64,000 bases of DNA from an uncultured Acidimicrobiaceae bacterium. GTDB taxonomy: Bacteria; Actinomycetota; Acidimicrobiia; Acidimicrobiales; Palsa-688. Of this stretch, positions 9,615-19,637 are shown in pieces. The notes under the pieces were generated by a model that was given only the letters and a program-made list of their open reading frames with translations, was not told the DNA's origin and made no database searches. The position numbers and the translations under genes were made by a program. The stretch is taken from contig CAWAEC010000001.1 in the NCBI GenBank assembly GCA_963781155.1, forward strand, positions 14,515-78,514. Direction: 5' to 3'. Position 1 is the stretch's first letter. Each line of letters starts with the position of its first letter.

Positions 9615-10331
9615 TCACGAAGCAGTGTTATCAAGTCGACCTTCGTACAGGTCGGCGAACGGGGGTGAAGCGAACACCGAGCGCCGCGATCCCCTCGATC
9701 TCGGCCCCAGGACATTGCGGGGCAGCCGGTAGGACGGGATGCCATAGCGCATCATGCCGCCAGGCTCGGGCCCCGCATCCCGGATCTCCACCTGGTGGCC
9801 GCGCCGGGCCAGGTGGTAGGCGGCCGAGAGCCCGCTCGGGCCCGCCCCCACTACCAACACCCGCCTGCCACTCGGCGCCGGCGTCGGGGCGTACCGCCAG
9901 CCGCGGTGAATGGCCAAATCCCCCAGGAACCGTTCGATGGCGTGGATCGACACCGCACTATCTAGCTCAGCCCTGTTACACGAGCTCTCGCAGGGGTGGT
10001 AGCAGACCCGCCCGTGGATAGCTGCCAGCGGATTGTCTTCCACCAGTGCTCGCCACGCCCCCTCATGATCACCCGCGTTCACCCTCGCCAGCGAGGCCTG
10101 GATGTTTTCGCCGGCCGGACAAGCCGCGTTGCAAGGCGGCAGCAGATCAACGTAGACGGGCCGCTGAGAACGCACTGCGCCCGCCTCAGACCGGCTGTGC
10201 AACAAGTCGGGCCAGCGGGTGAGGTCACGCGGCCGGGACCGGCGCTCCGAGCGCTGAATCCGCCGGGGCTGCCCTTCGCCGGACCGGCTCACCTCATCTG
10301 ATGTCATGGCGCCTCGCTGGGCCCACGACAT
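9615..10331 (-). pseudogene. GltD-like (glutamate synthase small subunit / NADPH oxidoreductase) gene, frameshifted and 3'-truncated
   Basis: The N-terminal Fe-S region (PPCNAACPAGENI, CYHPCESSC) and the VLVVGAGPSGLSAA FAD motif are intact. After IPSYRLPRNVL the expected AEIEGIAALGVRFTP continues in another frame, then homology ends. About 250 codons are missing. Confidence 0.65.
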
Positions 10332-10398
10332 CAGCGCCCTCCGTCATCTCGGTCCCGCCAACTTCCGGTAGCCGGTCAGTCCGGACCTCGGCCGTTCC

Positions 10399-10412
10399 GG
10401 GACCTTCGGGCC
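10399..10412 (+). promoter_or_regulatory. GGGACCTTCGGGCC box upstream of hydrogenase operon
   Basis: 36-49 nt upstream of GTG 10448. A degenerate copy CCGGACCTCGGCC sits at 10381-10393. Confidence 0.5.
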
Positions 10413-10447
10413 TTTTCTTGGGCATCGAAAATGCCTACGGTGCGAGT

Positions 10448-11605
10448 GTGGATATCGGTGACGAGGTCATTGTGGACGTGGCCGGACTCGACCTTCTGAT
10501 CCAGGTGCTACGCGATCGCGGCTACGTCACCCGGGGCCCAGTCGTTCGGGACGGGGCGATCGTCCCGGGGCCCGTCGGCGGCGTGTCGGACCTGCCCGCC
10601 GGATACCACGACGAGCAGGCACCGGGCCACTACCGGCTACGCCACGACGCCGACGACACGCTGTTCGGCTGGGCAGTGGGTCCCGGCTCGTGGAAGGCGG
10701 AATTGTTCCCGCCTACTCAGGAGGTGTGGCGAGTCGCTCCCGACGCGGACGGCACGCGCTTTGAAGCGCCAACCGCCGACGCGACCGGTCCCCTGGCCGT
10801 CATCGGGGCCCGGCCCTGCGAAGTCGCGGCCCTGGACGTCCTCGACCGGGTCCTGGACGGCGGGGCGGTACCCGACCCCCGCTACCGGCGCCGCCGGACC
10901 GGCATGTTTATCGTGGCGGCCGAATGCGGTACCCCGTCCGGTACCTGCTTTTGCACGTCAATGGGCACAGGTCCGGCCGCGTCCGAGGGGTATGACTTGG
11001 CCCTCACCGAGCTGTACGACCAGGGCGGGCACCGGTTCGTCGTCCGCATCGGGAGCGAGCAGGGGGCGGAGGTCCTCTCCGCCGTCCCGCTGGTGGCGGT
11101 CACCCCCGGGGACCGGCGGGAGCGGGAGGAGGTTCTGGCCGGAGCCGAGGCGTCCATGGGGCGGCGTCTCGAGACCGAGGGCTTGGCCGCACTGCTCGCT
11201 CGCAACCTGGAGCACCCGCGATGGGATGATGTGGCGGAACGGTGCTTGGCCTGCGGGAACTGCACGCTGGTGTGTCCGACCTGCTTCTGCAGCGACGTCC
11301 ACGACACCTCCGAGTTGACCGGAGAGGTCGTCCGCACCCGCACGTGGTCGTCGTGCTTCGACCTCGAGCACTCCTATGTGCATGGGGGAGCGGTCCGGAA
11401 ATCGACGCGGTCGCGATATCGCCAGTGGCTGACCCACAAGCTGTCGACCTGGTGGGATCAGTTCGACACCTCCGGCTGCATCGGGTGCGGACGGTGCGTC
11501 ACCTGGTGCCCGGTCGGCATCGACCTGACCGAGGAGGCCGCTGCAATCCGGCGCTCCGACGGGGAAGTCAGTTCTGGGAGAGACCCCGGTGGGTGGACCG
11601 GATGA
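10448..11605 (+). CDS. NiFe hydrogenase beta subunit (AsrA/HydB-like 4Fe-4S protein)
   Basis: CLACGNCTLVCPTCFC and CIGCGRCVTWCP cluster motifs. Start is uncertain: GTG 10448 is chosen because the upstream ORF part overlaps the divergent gene. Confidence 0.75.
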   Translation: MDIGDEVIVDVAGLDLLIQVLRDRGYVTRGPVVRDGAIVPGPVGGVSDLPAGYHDEQAPGHYRLRHDADDTLFGWAVGPGSWKAELFPPTQEVWRVAPDADGTRFEAPTADATGPLAVIGARPCEVAALDVLDRVLDGGAVPDPRYRRRRTGMFIVAAECGTPSGTCFCTSMGTGPAASEGYDLALTELYDQGGHRFVVRIGSEQGAEVLSAVPLVAVTPGDRREREEVLAGAEASMGRRLETEGLAALLARNLEHPRWDDVAERCLACGNCTLVCPTCFCSDVHDTSELTGEVVRTRTWSSCFDLEHSYVHGGAVRKSTRSRYRQWLTHKLSTWWDQFDTSGCIGCGRCVTWCPVGIDLTEEAAAIRRSDGEVSSGRDPGGWTG

Positions 11606-12075
11606 GGATCTCCAGCGTGGCGGGGGTGGTGTCCGCCCATCCCTTGCTTGCCGGAGTTCCGCCCGCCACCGTGGCCGAGGTGGCAGGTTGCGCCAAAAAT
11701 CTCGCGTTTGCGGCCGGCACCCTGCTGCTGGCGGAAGGCGATCCCGCCGATAGCGTGTACTTGGTGCGGCGGGGCCGGGTTGCCATCGAGATGCACGCGC
11801 CCGGCTCCGGCCCGGTCGTGATCGAAACGGTCGGCCCGGGGTCGGTGGTGGGGTGGAGCTGGCTCGTTCCCCCCTACACCTGGCGGTTCGACGCCAAGGC
11901 GATCGAGCCGGTCGGTGCCATCGCATTGAACGCGGCCTGTTTGAGAGACAAGGCCCACGCCGACCCCGTGGTGGGGTACGCCCTGATGGCAAGGGTCGCG
12001 GCCGTCCTGGTTGACCGCCTGCAGGCCACCCGGCTGCGGCTGCTGGACGTGTACGGGCACGGCAATGGCCGCTGA
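11602..12075 (+). CDS. cyclic-nucleotide-binding domain protein embedded in hydrogenase operon
   Basis: HPLLAGVP...LLAEGDPADSVYLVRRGRVAIE...VGPGSVVGWSWL is a cNMP-binding beta-barrel pattern. ATG 11602 overlaps the upstream stop (ATGA). Confidence 0.8.
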   Translation: MRISSVAGVVSAHPLLAGVPPATVAEVAGCAKNLAFAAGTLLLAEGDPADSVYLVRRGRVAIEMHAPGSGPVVIETVGPGSVVGWSWLVPPYTWRFDAKAIEPVGAIALNAACLRDKAHADPVVGYALMARVAAVLVDRLQATRLRLLDVYGHGNGR

Positions 12076-12907
12076 GGAGCGCGGTCCGATGACACCGGTC
12101 CTGCACCGGGTAGTCGACCGCCAAGCCGACGCTGACGATGTCACCACCCTGGTCCTGGTTCCGGTGTCCGGTCCGGCCTTGCCCTTCCGCTGCGGACAGT
12201 TCAACATGCTCACCGTCCTCGGGGTCGGCGAGGCAGCCATCTCGGTGAGCAGCTCACCCCGGGACGAGGGACCGCTTCGCCACACGGTGCGCGACGTTGG
12301 TTCCGTCACCCACGCTCTGTGCAGTGCCCAGATCGGCGATCTGGTCGGGGTGCGCGGGCCATTCGGGACCGACTGGGGCGTGGACGCCGTGCTTCCGCAT
12401 GAGGACGTCGTGGTGGTGGCTGGCGGTATCGGCCTGGCTCCCCTACGGGGGGCGATCGACGAGTTGGTGGCCCGCGGTCAGGACGGGGGAATCCGGGTGT
12501 TCGTGTTGATCGGGGCCCGCCAGCCGCAGCAGGTCATCTTTGGCGCCGACATCGACCGGTGGACCCGTCACGGCGCGCACACCGATGTCACGGTCGATTT
12601 TGGGGCTCCGGGGTGGCCGGGCCACGTTGGCCTGGTGACATCCTTGCTGCCCGGCGCCGGTTTCGACCCGGCCCGGACCACGGCTTTGATGTGCGGCCCG
12701 GAAATCATGATGCGCTTCACCGCTCGCGACCTGATGGTGGCCGGTGTCGAGCCCGACCGCATTCGCGTCTCCCTCGAGCGGAACATGCAGTGCGGCGTGG
12801 GCTGGTGCGGACACTGTCAGCTCGGACCGTATCTGCTCTGCCGTGACGGGCCGGTGCTGCCTTACGGGGGGCCGGTTGCTCGCCTTCTCGCCGAGCGAGA
12901 ACGATGA
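12065..12907 (+). CDS. hydrogenase gamma subunit (FAD/NAD(P)-binding, 2Fe-2S; HydG/AsrB-like)
   Basis: [20 protein letters not shown], and C-terminal [10 protein letters not shown]. An alternative start exists at 12089. Confidence 0.8.
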   Translation: MAAEERGPMTPVLHRVVDRQADADDVTTLVLVPVSGPALPFRCGQFNMLTVLGVGEAAISVSSSPRDEGPLRHTVRDVGSVTHALCSAQIGDLVGVRGPFGTDWGVDAVLPHEDVVVVAGGIGLAPLRGAIDELVARGQDGGIRVFVLIGARQPQQVIFGADIDRWTRHGAHTDVTVDFGAPGWPGHVGLVTSLLPGAGFDPARTTALMCGPEIMMRFTARDLMVAGVEPDRIRVSLERNMQCGVGWCGHCQLGPYLLCRDGPVLPYGGPVARLLAERER

Positions 12908-13698
12908 ACGCGGGCCGGCCCAGCCTGGCGGTATGGAAATTCGCGTCATGCGACGGCTGCCAGCTGAGCCTCCTCGATTGTGAGGACGAGCTGCTGGCGC
13001 TCGCAGGCGCCGTCCGCATAGCCCACTTCACCGAAATGTCGCGCGCCAAGGTGGCCGGGCCCTACGACCTGTCGCTGGTGGAAGGGTCGATCACCACCGC
13101 GGAGGACGTCGGGCGCATCCACGAGGTTCGGGCGCAGTCGGGCCGTCTCGTCACGATCGGGGCGTGCGCCACCGCCGGCGGCATCCAGGGCCTGCGCAAC
13201 TTTGCCGGCTCGGGCGCGTACACCGGCATGGTCTACGCCCACCCCGACTACATCTCCTCTCTGGACACCTCGACACCCATCTCTGCCCATGTCCCGGTGG
13301 ACTTCGAGCTGCACGGGTGTCCGATCGACCGCGGCCAGCTGCTCGAGGTGCTGACGGCGTTCCTGGCGGGCCGACGCCCGGTCATCGCAGGGCACTCGGT
13401 GTGTCAGGAATGCAAGGGCCGCGGCACCGTCTGCCTGCTGGTCGCTCAGGACACTCCGTGCCTCGGTCCGGTCACTCGAACAGGGTGCGGGGCGTTATGC
13501 CCGAGCCTCGGACGGGGCTGTTTTGGCTGCTTCGGGCCAGCCGACACAGCCAACACGTCTTCGCTGGCGGCCCGGCTGCGCAACGACGGGAGCGTACCCG
13601 TGGACATATCGCGTCTGTTTCGCACTTTCAACGCCGGCGCGCCGGAGTTCCGCCACGAATCCTTGGCCCACGACGAGACAGCGGCAGACGCCCGATGA
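12904..13698 (+). CDS. NiFe hydrogenase small (delta) subunit, NuoB-like
   Basis: [11 protein letters not shown] ... [15 protein letters not shown] overlap with the gamma subunit gene. Confidence 0.85.
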   Translation: MNAGRPSLAVWKFASCDGCQLSLLDCEDELLALAGAVRIAHFTEMSRAKVAGPYDLSLVEGSITTAEDVGRIHEVRAQSGRLVTIGACATAGGIQGLRNFAGSGAYTGMVYAHPDYISSLDTSTPISAHVPVDFELHGCPIDRGQLLEVLTAFLAGRRPVIAGHSVCQECKGRGTVCLLVAQDTPCLGPVTRTGCGALCPSLGRGCFGCFGPADTANTSSLAARLRNDGSVPVDISRLFRTFNAGAPEFRHESLAHDETAADAR

Positions 13699-14999
13699 CC
13701 CACGGTTCGCCGGCACGCCGGAGTATTGACGTCGAGGGACTGGCCCGAGTCGAGGGCGAAGGATCCCTGCGGATCGAGGTGCGAGACGGGACGGTGACCG
13801 AGGTGACGCTGCAGATCTTCGAGCCGCCCCGGTACTTCGAAGCGCTGCTCGTGGGGCGGAGCTTCGCCGAGGCTCCAGACATCACCGCCCGCATCTGTGG
13901 GATTTGCCCGGTGGCCTATCAGATGAGCGCGTGCGCAGCCATGGAGGCCGCTTGCGGGGTCGCGGTCGGCGAGCGAATCGCGGCCCTGCGCCGGCTTTTG
14001 TACTACGGCGAGTGGATCCAGAGCCACAGCCTTCACATCCATTTGCTGCACGCCCCTGACTTCCTCGGCTGTGCCGACGCAGTCGAGCTGGCCGAACGCG
14101 ATCGACCGGCCGTGCAGCGGGGACTCCGGCTCAAGCGCACCGGCAATCTTGTGATGGAGACGATCGGCGGGCGCGCCATTCATCCGGTCAACGTCAAGGT
14201 TGGCGGCTTCTATCGGGCCCCGACTCCGCAGGCGATTGCCGCCCTCGCCGCCCCGCTGCGCCAAGCTCGTGAAGACGCCCTGACCACGGTGGACTGGGTC
14301 GCCAGCTTCGAGTTTCCCGACGTCTCTGCCGACTATCGCTTTGTCGCCCTGCGTGACCCCGACCGGTATGCCATCACCGGCGGTCGGCCCTCCTCGTCGG
14401 ACGGCGTCGACGTCTCGCCGGCGGAATTCGCCGACCTTGTGATTGAAGAGCACGTCGCCCGCTCAACCGCCCTCCATGCCCGCCTGGCTGGCCGCGGCCC
14501 CTACCTCACGGGACCGATGGCTCGTTATGCCCTCAACTCCGATCGGCTCACCCCCTTGGCCAGCGAGGCGGCAGCCCGCTCGGGTCTCGGCCCGGTGTGC
14601 GGCAACCCGTTCCGCAGCATCCAGGTCCGGGCCGTCGAGCTGGTCCTGGCTTGCGAAGCGGCCTTGACGCTGGTGGAGGAGTACGTGCCCCCCGATCCGC
14701 CGGCCGAGGATGTGACGCCGCGTGCCGGCATCGGGACCGGTGCGACCGAAGCGCCCCGGGGTCTTCTCTTTCACCGATATCAGCTGGACGCCGAGGGCAC
14801 CATCACCCAAGCGCGTATCGTTCCCCCAACCTCGCAGAACCAGCTGACGATAGAAGCCGACCTGCGCCGGGTGGTCGAGATGGGGCTCCAGATGGATGAC
14901 GCCGATTTGCAGTGGCGCTGCGAGCAGGCCGTCCGCAACCACGATCCGTGCATTTCCTGCGCGGCGCACTTCCTCGACATGACGGTGGTCCGGGCGTGA
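13695..14999 (+). CDS. NiFe hydrogenase large (alpha) subunit
   Basis: N-terminal [10 protein letters not shown] and C-terminal [10 protein letters not shown] Ni-Fe ligand motifs. ATGA overlap with the small subunit gene. Confidence 0.9.
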   Translation: MTHGSPARRSIDVEGLARVEGEGSLRIEVRDGTVTEVTLQIFEPPRYFEALLVGRSFAEAPDITARICGICPVAYQMSACAAMEAACGVAVGERIAALRRLLYYGEWIQSHSLHIHLLHAPDFLGCADAVELAERDRPAVQRGLRLKRTGNLVMETIGGRAIHPVNVKVGGFYRAPTPQAIAALAAPLRQAREDALTTVDWVASFEFPDVSADYRFVALRDPDRYAITGGRPSSSDGVDVSPAEFADLVIEEHVARSTALHARLAGRGPYLTGPMARYALNSDRLTPLASEAAARSGLGPVCGNPFRSIQVRAVELVLACEAALTLVEEYVPPDPPAEDVTPRAGIGTGATEAPRGLLFHRYQLDAEGTITQARIVPPTSQNQLTIEADLRRVVEMGLQMDDADLQWRCEQAVRNHDPCISCAAHFLDMTVVRA

Positions 15000-15505
15000 C
15001 GCGGCCGAAGCCGACGCTGGTGCTGGCCGGTATCGGCAACGAGTATCGGAGTGACGACGCCGCGGGTCGAGTCGTCGCAGCACTCGCCGCCGACCGGTTC
15101 GCCGGGGTGACCAACATCGGCCCCATCGAGGATCCCTTGGATCTGCTCGGCCGCTGGGACGCGACGCAAGCGGCGGTCGTCGTCGATGCCGTCCGCTCAG
15201 GGGGTAAGCCTGGGACGATCCGGGTCGTGGATCTCGTGCAGCCGCGGCCCCCTGACAGGCTGGTCCCGACCCGCTCGGTTCGATCCACCCCGACCAGCAC
15301 GCACGGAGTCGGGCTCGACGACGTGCTCCGCTTGGGACGTGCGGTCGGCTCCTGCCCGGGCCGGGTGGTCCTCGTCGGCATCGAGGGTCGACGCTTCGGT
15401 CGCGGCTACGGGCTCAGCCCCGAGGTTGAAATCGCCGTTCCGGTCGCGGTCGGTCGCGTGGTCCGGGTGCTCGAGGAGCTCGAAGGGGTACTGACATGTG
15501 CGTGA
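14996..15505 (+). CDS. hydrogenase maturation protease
   Basis: LVLAGIGNEYRSDDAAG motif. GTGA overlap with the large subunit stop. Confidence 0.85.
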   Translation: MTRPKPTLVLAGIGNEYRSDDAAGRVVAALAADRFAGVTNIGPIEDPLDLLGRWDATQAAVVVDAVRSGGKPGTIRVVDLVQPRPPDRLVPTRSVRSTPTSTHGVGLDDVLRLGRAVGSCPGRVVLVGIEGRRFGRGYGLSPEVEIAVPVAVGRVVRVLEELEGVLTCA

Positions 15506-15741
15506 GCCGGCTGCACAAGGTCGTCGGCCTCCCCGGACCCGAGGTTGTGGACGTGGAAGAGGTCGGCGGGACCGTGCATCGGGTGTCGTTGCTAGCCCTC
15601 GACGGACCGGCGCCCTCAGCTGGTGACTGGCTCGTCGTCCACAGTGGCTACGCCATCGACCGGGCCGACACCGCCGAGGCGGAAGCCGCCGCCGCCGAGC
15701 TGCGCACCGCCCTGCGGCAGCAGTCCCACCCCAGCCCGTGA
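15496..15741 (+). CDS. hypC: HypC/HybG/HupF family hydrogenase assembly chaperone
   Basis: Starts with MC(V), the conserved N-terminal Cys. About 80 aa. Overlaps the protease gene by 10 nt. Confidence 0.8.
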   Translation: MCVSRLHKVVGLPGPEVVDVEEVGGTVHRVSLLALDGPAPSAGDWLVVHSGYAIDRADTAEAEAAAAELRTALRQQSHPSP

Positions 15742-15757
15742 GAATAGGCCAGTGAGA

Positions 15758-16567
15758 ATGGGGGAGCCGACCGGGAACTCCAGGCGCCCCGGCGCCGGCG
15801 GCGGTCCTGCCAGCGGCGAAACCGGACTCATTCTGTTCGCCCGCTACGCCTCCCCCCCCAACGCGCTCGGCTACTGCGGCCCTCAGGGTCAGGCCGGCCT
15901 CCTCCAGGCCACGGCTCGAGGCGAACACCCGGAGGGGCTTCGCCCTCTGATCGCCCACTTTGAAGGCGCGCGACCCTATCTGGAGGCCATTGCGACCGAC
16001 AATGGCATCGCCGACCCGCTCGACCAGCGGGTGGTCGAAGCCTATTGGGTGGGCAACGACCTCCTCCGGGACCTGCCGACCGATGCCCTGGTCCAGACCC
16101 TGCAGTCCGCCTTTTCGTACCCGGTCGTCGACACGCTCGACGGGGCCATCGCGGCGGCCGCGGGAGGCGGCCTCGCTCACCACAGCTTCCACGTGTTCGC
16201 CGTCTATCCCTGGCTCCGCCTCCTGCGCGCCGGCGAACGCGACCCGGCCCTCGGGGTCCTCGACCGCTGCCGAGTCCGGTGGGGTCAGGTCGAAGGGGTA
16301 ACAACGGACGCGGTCTCGGTCCGCACCCAGGCGCTGGCCTTCGACGGATCGAGCCTGACCCTCGGGCCGGAGCACACCGAACAAGCCCGCAGCCGCATCG
16401 AAGGAGCGAGCGTCGCACCGCACCTCGATGACCTCCAGCCCGGCGCCACGGTCGCACTCCATTGGGACTGGGTATGCGACCGACTGTCGGCGGACTCGGT
16501 GCGCTGGCTGCGGGATTGCACCCAGCGCAACCTGGATGCCATCAACAGCACCTCGCCCTCCCTCTGA
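15758..16567 (+). CDS. conserved hypothetical protein, hydrogenase-associated
   Basis: In-frame ATG at 15758 of ORF 15623..16567. LILFARYASPPNALGYCGP segment. Last gene of the operon. No fold recognised. Confidence 0.6.
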   Translation: MGEPTGNSRRPGAGGGPASGETGLILFARYASPPNALGYCGPQGQAGLLQATARGEHPEGLRPLIAHFEGARPYLEAIATDNGIADPLDQRVVEAYWVGNDLLRDLPTDALVQTLQSAFSYPVVDTLDGAIAAAAGGGLAHHSFHVFAVYPWLRLLRAGERDPALGVLDRCRVRWGQVEGVTTDAVSVRTQALAFDGSSLTLGPEHTEQARSRIEGASVAPHLDDLQPGATVALHWDWVCDRLSADSVRWLRDCTQRNLDAINSTSPSL

Positions 16568-16889
16568 AGCTCTCTCGTCATGGGTGGCGGGCGCCAGGGG
16601 GGCGCAGCCCTGGAAGGTTTCGGCTATCCATTTGCAGAAACGCAGCGCCGCTTGCGCCCATCTCCCATTCCGGTGGAAAGACGAGGGTAGTGAGTTAGGT
16701 CACGGGTAGGACCTGCATTTCGTCATCGGTCACGATCCCATGGAGGTCCATCGGCGTCTCGCCGGAACCCTGGATGAGATCCTCGATCGCATCTGCGCCA
16801 TTCAAAACGACGCCCGCAAACGGGACCTGGACCCGGATCGCCGGATGACGGGCTCACCGACAAACCGGCGGAATCAACGAGGGGTCCCT

Positions 16890-17282
16890 CTAGGTTGGCC
16901 CTATTCGACGCCCGCTGATGCCTTCGAGCTCGATGCGGATCCAGCGGGCTTTCTGCCCTGGCGCCCAGGTGTCGACAGGGAAGGCCCGAACCTCTGCGCT
17001 CGTCTCGTCGAGGGCATCGGTGACGTCGTAGCCGACTCCGGTGACCAGGACACTCCATCCGGTTCGAGACGACTCGTCGATGGCGTCCACCTCGAACGCC
17101 ACCCGGCCCTGGGCCGCAGCGGACAGCTTGGTACCGGGATCAGTGCGTATGGCGATGCGCCAGTCATCGAAGACGTAGTTGACCGGCAGGATAACTGGCT
17201 GACGGTCGACGACCACTCCGATACGACCGAAATGATGACTGGCGAGAAGACCGAGACATTCATCCTCGCTGAGCACGTCCAT
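16890..17282 (-). CDS. PPOX family protein
   Basis: LSEDECLGLLASHHFGRIGVVV...ILPVNY...VAFEVD...GWSVLVTG. ATG 17282 lies 13 nt after the regulator stop. Confidence 0.8.
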   Translation of the reverse strand: MDVLSEDECLGLLASHHFGRIGVVVDRQPVILPVNYVFDDWRIAIRTDPGTKLSAAAQGRVAFEVDAIDESSRTGWSVLVTGVGYDVTDALDETSAEVRAFPVDTWAPGQKARWIRIELEGISGRRIGPT

Positions 17283-17295
17283 CTTCACCTGGACC

Positions 17296-17967
17296 TCATC
17301 CACGTGAGTCGCTGCGGTTCTCGGTCCGGCGGACCGCATAGACGGCCGCCTCGGTCCGTCGACTCATTCCCAGTTTGGCCAGCAGATTGGACACATAGTT
17401 CTTTACCGTTTTCTCCGACAGGTACATTAGCTCGGCGATCTGCCGGTTGGTCAGCCCCTCAGCGATGTGCTCGAGAATCCGCTCCTCTTGGGGGGTCAGA
17501 TGGTTCTCACGAGGCTCGTCGCGCCGAGACCGGATGCGCTCCATGACCCGGGCGGTCAACTCAGGATCGAGCAGAGAGTGGCCGTTGGCCACCTTTCTGA
17601 TATCGCTCACCAGGTCCGAGGCCCCGACCTCTTTGAGGACGTAGCCCGAAGCACCGGCCATTATGGCATCGAAGAGCGCTTCATCATCCGAAAAGGAGGT
17701 GAGCATCAGGCAGGCCACCTCTGGGTGCATGGAGCGGACTTCCCGGCAAACCTCGACTCCGTTGCCGTCGGGTAGACGCACGTCGAGCACGGCGACACGG
17801 GGGGCGGTGGCCGCGATACCGGCGAGCGCTTCCTCGGCAGTGCCGGCCTCGCCGACCACCTCCATGCCACCGTCTGTCTCGAGGAGACTGCGCACACCTT
17901 GGCGGACCACCTCGTGGTCGTCGAGGAGGAACACCCGGATCTGGTCCTGACGGGCATCAGCGGTCAT
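17296..17967 (-). CDS. devR: DevR/DosR-like NarL/LuxR-family response regulator
   Basis: VFLLDDHEVVRQG, VAVLDVRLPDGNG, LTSFSDDEALFDAIMAGASGYVLK and EKTVKNYVSNLLAKLGMSRRTEAAV closely parallel the M. tuberculosis DevR sequence as I recall it. AAGGAG lies 6 nt upstream of ATG 17967. Confidence 0.9.
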   Translation of the reverse strand: MTADARQDQIRVFLLDDHEVVRQGVRSLLETDGGMEVVGEAGTAEEALAGIAATAPRVAVLDVRLPDGNGVEVCREVRSMHPEVACLMLTSFSDDEALFDAIMAGASGYVLKEVGASDLVSDIRKVANGHSLLDPELTARVMERIRSRRDEPRENHLTPQEERILEHIAEGLTNRQIAELMYLSEKTVKNYVSNLLAKLGMSRRTEAAVYAVRRTENRSDSRG

Positions 17968-18033
17968 CAGAGTTCTCCTTGGTAAACGGCGCGACGCCAC
18001 CCCGGAGGTGAGATCGCTGATTGGTCCTTGCGG

Positions 18034-18384
18034 TCAAGACTCGGCCACCTCGCCCTGGATCGCGGACCCGTCCAGAAATGCCGCGATCGACGGCAGACGT
18101 GCCGTCAAACGCGCTTCTGCGTCACGACGGGTGTCTTCGGGCGGTCCATCGGCCAGGAAATCGTGCGGGATGGCCAAGCGCTGGCACAGACGGACCAGGG
18201 CGGCGTCGTACGCCAGCTCATCCCCGATTCGATCCGCGGCTCTACGACCGGCGGCCGTGGCGGCCCCGCCAGCCAGCCGGGCCCGGTACGCCATTGCTTC
18301 AGTGACGCACTCCCCTATGGTCTGGTCCGCTCCGGGGTCATTGCTCTCCAAGGCCACGCGGAGCAACTCCGAGTACACGCTCAC
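18034..18384 (-). CDS. hypothetical protein
   Basis: 116-aa ORF between the kinase remnant and the regulator on the same strand. Ala/Arg-rich helical-looking product with no recognised domain. Confidence 0.45.
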   Translation of the reverse strand: MSVYSELLRVALESNDPGADQTIGECVTEAMAYRARLAGGAATAAGRRAADRIGDELAYDAALVRLCQRLAIPHDFLADGPPEDTRRDAEARLTARLPSIAAFLDGSAIQGEVAES

Positions 18385-18458
18385 GGTGGCCGAACGGGGC
18401 CGAGGCCCGACGCGGTTGGTGTCACCATCGCATCGTGCCTCGACTCGATGAAGGCCGA

Positions 18459-19038
18459 CTAGGGCCGAACGGCCTTATCGGCGTCGCTACGAGCTCCCTC
18501 CACGCGAGTGGGCGCCGTCCACTGCACAAACGTGCCCTTCGGCTTGCGGGCGGTGACATGGAACTGGCCGCCGAGTGCCTCCGCCCGATCAGCCATCTTG
18601 GCCAGTCCGTGGCCGGCGCTGGGGCCGTCCGCCGGCCCGATGCCGTCATCGGCGACGCTCAACGTGACGCTCGCCGCGGTAGCTTGCACCACCACGTCCG
18701 CTCCCGAGGCCTGGGCGCGACGGCCATCTTGGGTGACCATGGGCCGGTAGGCTGCCCGGTCCGAACCCGCCTCGGCGGGCCTCGAGCAGCACCGTCGCTT
18801 GGCGCTCATGTCGACCAACACGACGGTTGGCCGACGAGCATCGAACGCGCCGAGAGCTCGTCCGCATCCACAGACGCGCCGAGAAGCTGGTCGGCGGCGC
18901 ATGCCCGACGCCATAACCGAACAACATCTCGACTCCCGCGCTGGCCATGTCGACGACACCCTGGTTGTCAACCACAACGACGGCATCCGGCGAACAAGCG
19001 AACAGCGCTCTCAAGAAACTCCCCGAATCCTCACTCAA
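18459..19038 (-). pseudogene. decayed PAS-GAF-HisKA_3 histidine kinase remnant (paralog of 31260..32823)
   Basis: Three pieces lie in different frames: PAS N-terminus (SPDAVVVVDNQGVVDMASAGVEMLFGY), a GAF piece (VLLEARRGGFGPG) and an HATPase C-terminus (VVVQATAASVTLSVADDGIGP). The H-box region is absent. Confidence 0.7.
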
Positions 19039-19189
19039 CGGGCCGAATAGTAGGCCCGAACAGACCTGTTCTGAGCCACCTATGCTCCGGCACCCGCCCC
19101 ATAGCCGCGGTTGCGGTCCTCAAGTCGCACAGCCCTTCCCCGGTGGGCGCCCACGGGGGGCGAGAAGGCGGTTTATCGAGAGGAATGAC

Positions 19190-19567
19190 TCACGGCTCAG
19201 TGGACGCCTGTAGCTTCATGGCGTCAAGAGCCTCATTCAGGGTAGGAGCGATCGGCACGACGATTCCCAGGCCCACCGCGTAGAGGACTTCGGACAGAAC
19301 CGGGTCCGATACGACGACCGCCAGCTGCCTGACCTGCTCGCTCGCTTCAGCGGCCGCGACCAACAACACGCCGACACCTGCGGAATCGGATTGGGTGATC
19401 GCAGACAAGTCAACTACTACCGCAGGCTCGTGGCCGTACCGCCTGAGATAGTGGCTGAGCTGGGATGCGGTCGCCCAGTCAAGCGCTCCCGTGACTCGGA
19501 CGACCAAGGCTCCGTTCTGGCGGTCATTTTCGATCTGACACTTATGCTCACCGAGCGTCGTTGTCAT
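19190..19567 (-). CDS. STAS-domain protein (anti-sigma-factor antagonist-like)
   Basis: VVDLSAITQSDSAGVGVLLVAAAEA pattern. GAAGGAGG lies upstream of ATG 19567. Confidence 0.8.
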   Translation of the reverse strand: MTTTLGEHKCQIENDRQNGALVVRVTGALDWATASQLSHYLRRYGHEPAVVVDLSAITQSDSAGVGVLLVAAAEASEQVRQLAVVVSDPVLSEVLYAVGLGIVVPIAPTLNEALDAMKLQASTEP

Positions 19568-19605
19568 TGGGTCCTCCTTCGGATGTTGTCTCCCAGTCTG
19601 AATCT

Positions 19606-19619
19606 GGGACCTTGGCGGC
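19606..19619 (+). promoter_or_regulatory. GGGACCTTGGCGGC box oriented toward the Pat-like gene
   Basis: Faces the 19624-19637 box in the divergent STAS/Pat intergenic region. 11/14 match to the motif. Confidence 0.35.
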
Positions 19620-19623
19620 AACA

Positions 19624-19637
19624 GGTCCGAAAGTCCC
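19624..19637 (-). promoter_or_regulatory. GGGACTTTCGGACC box upstream of STAS gene
   Basis: Plus strand reads GGTCCGAAAGTCCC. 57-70 nt upstream of ATG 19567. Confidence 0.5.
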
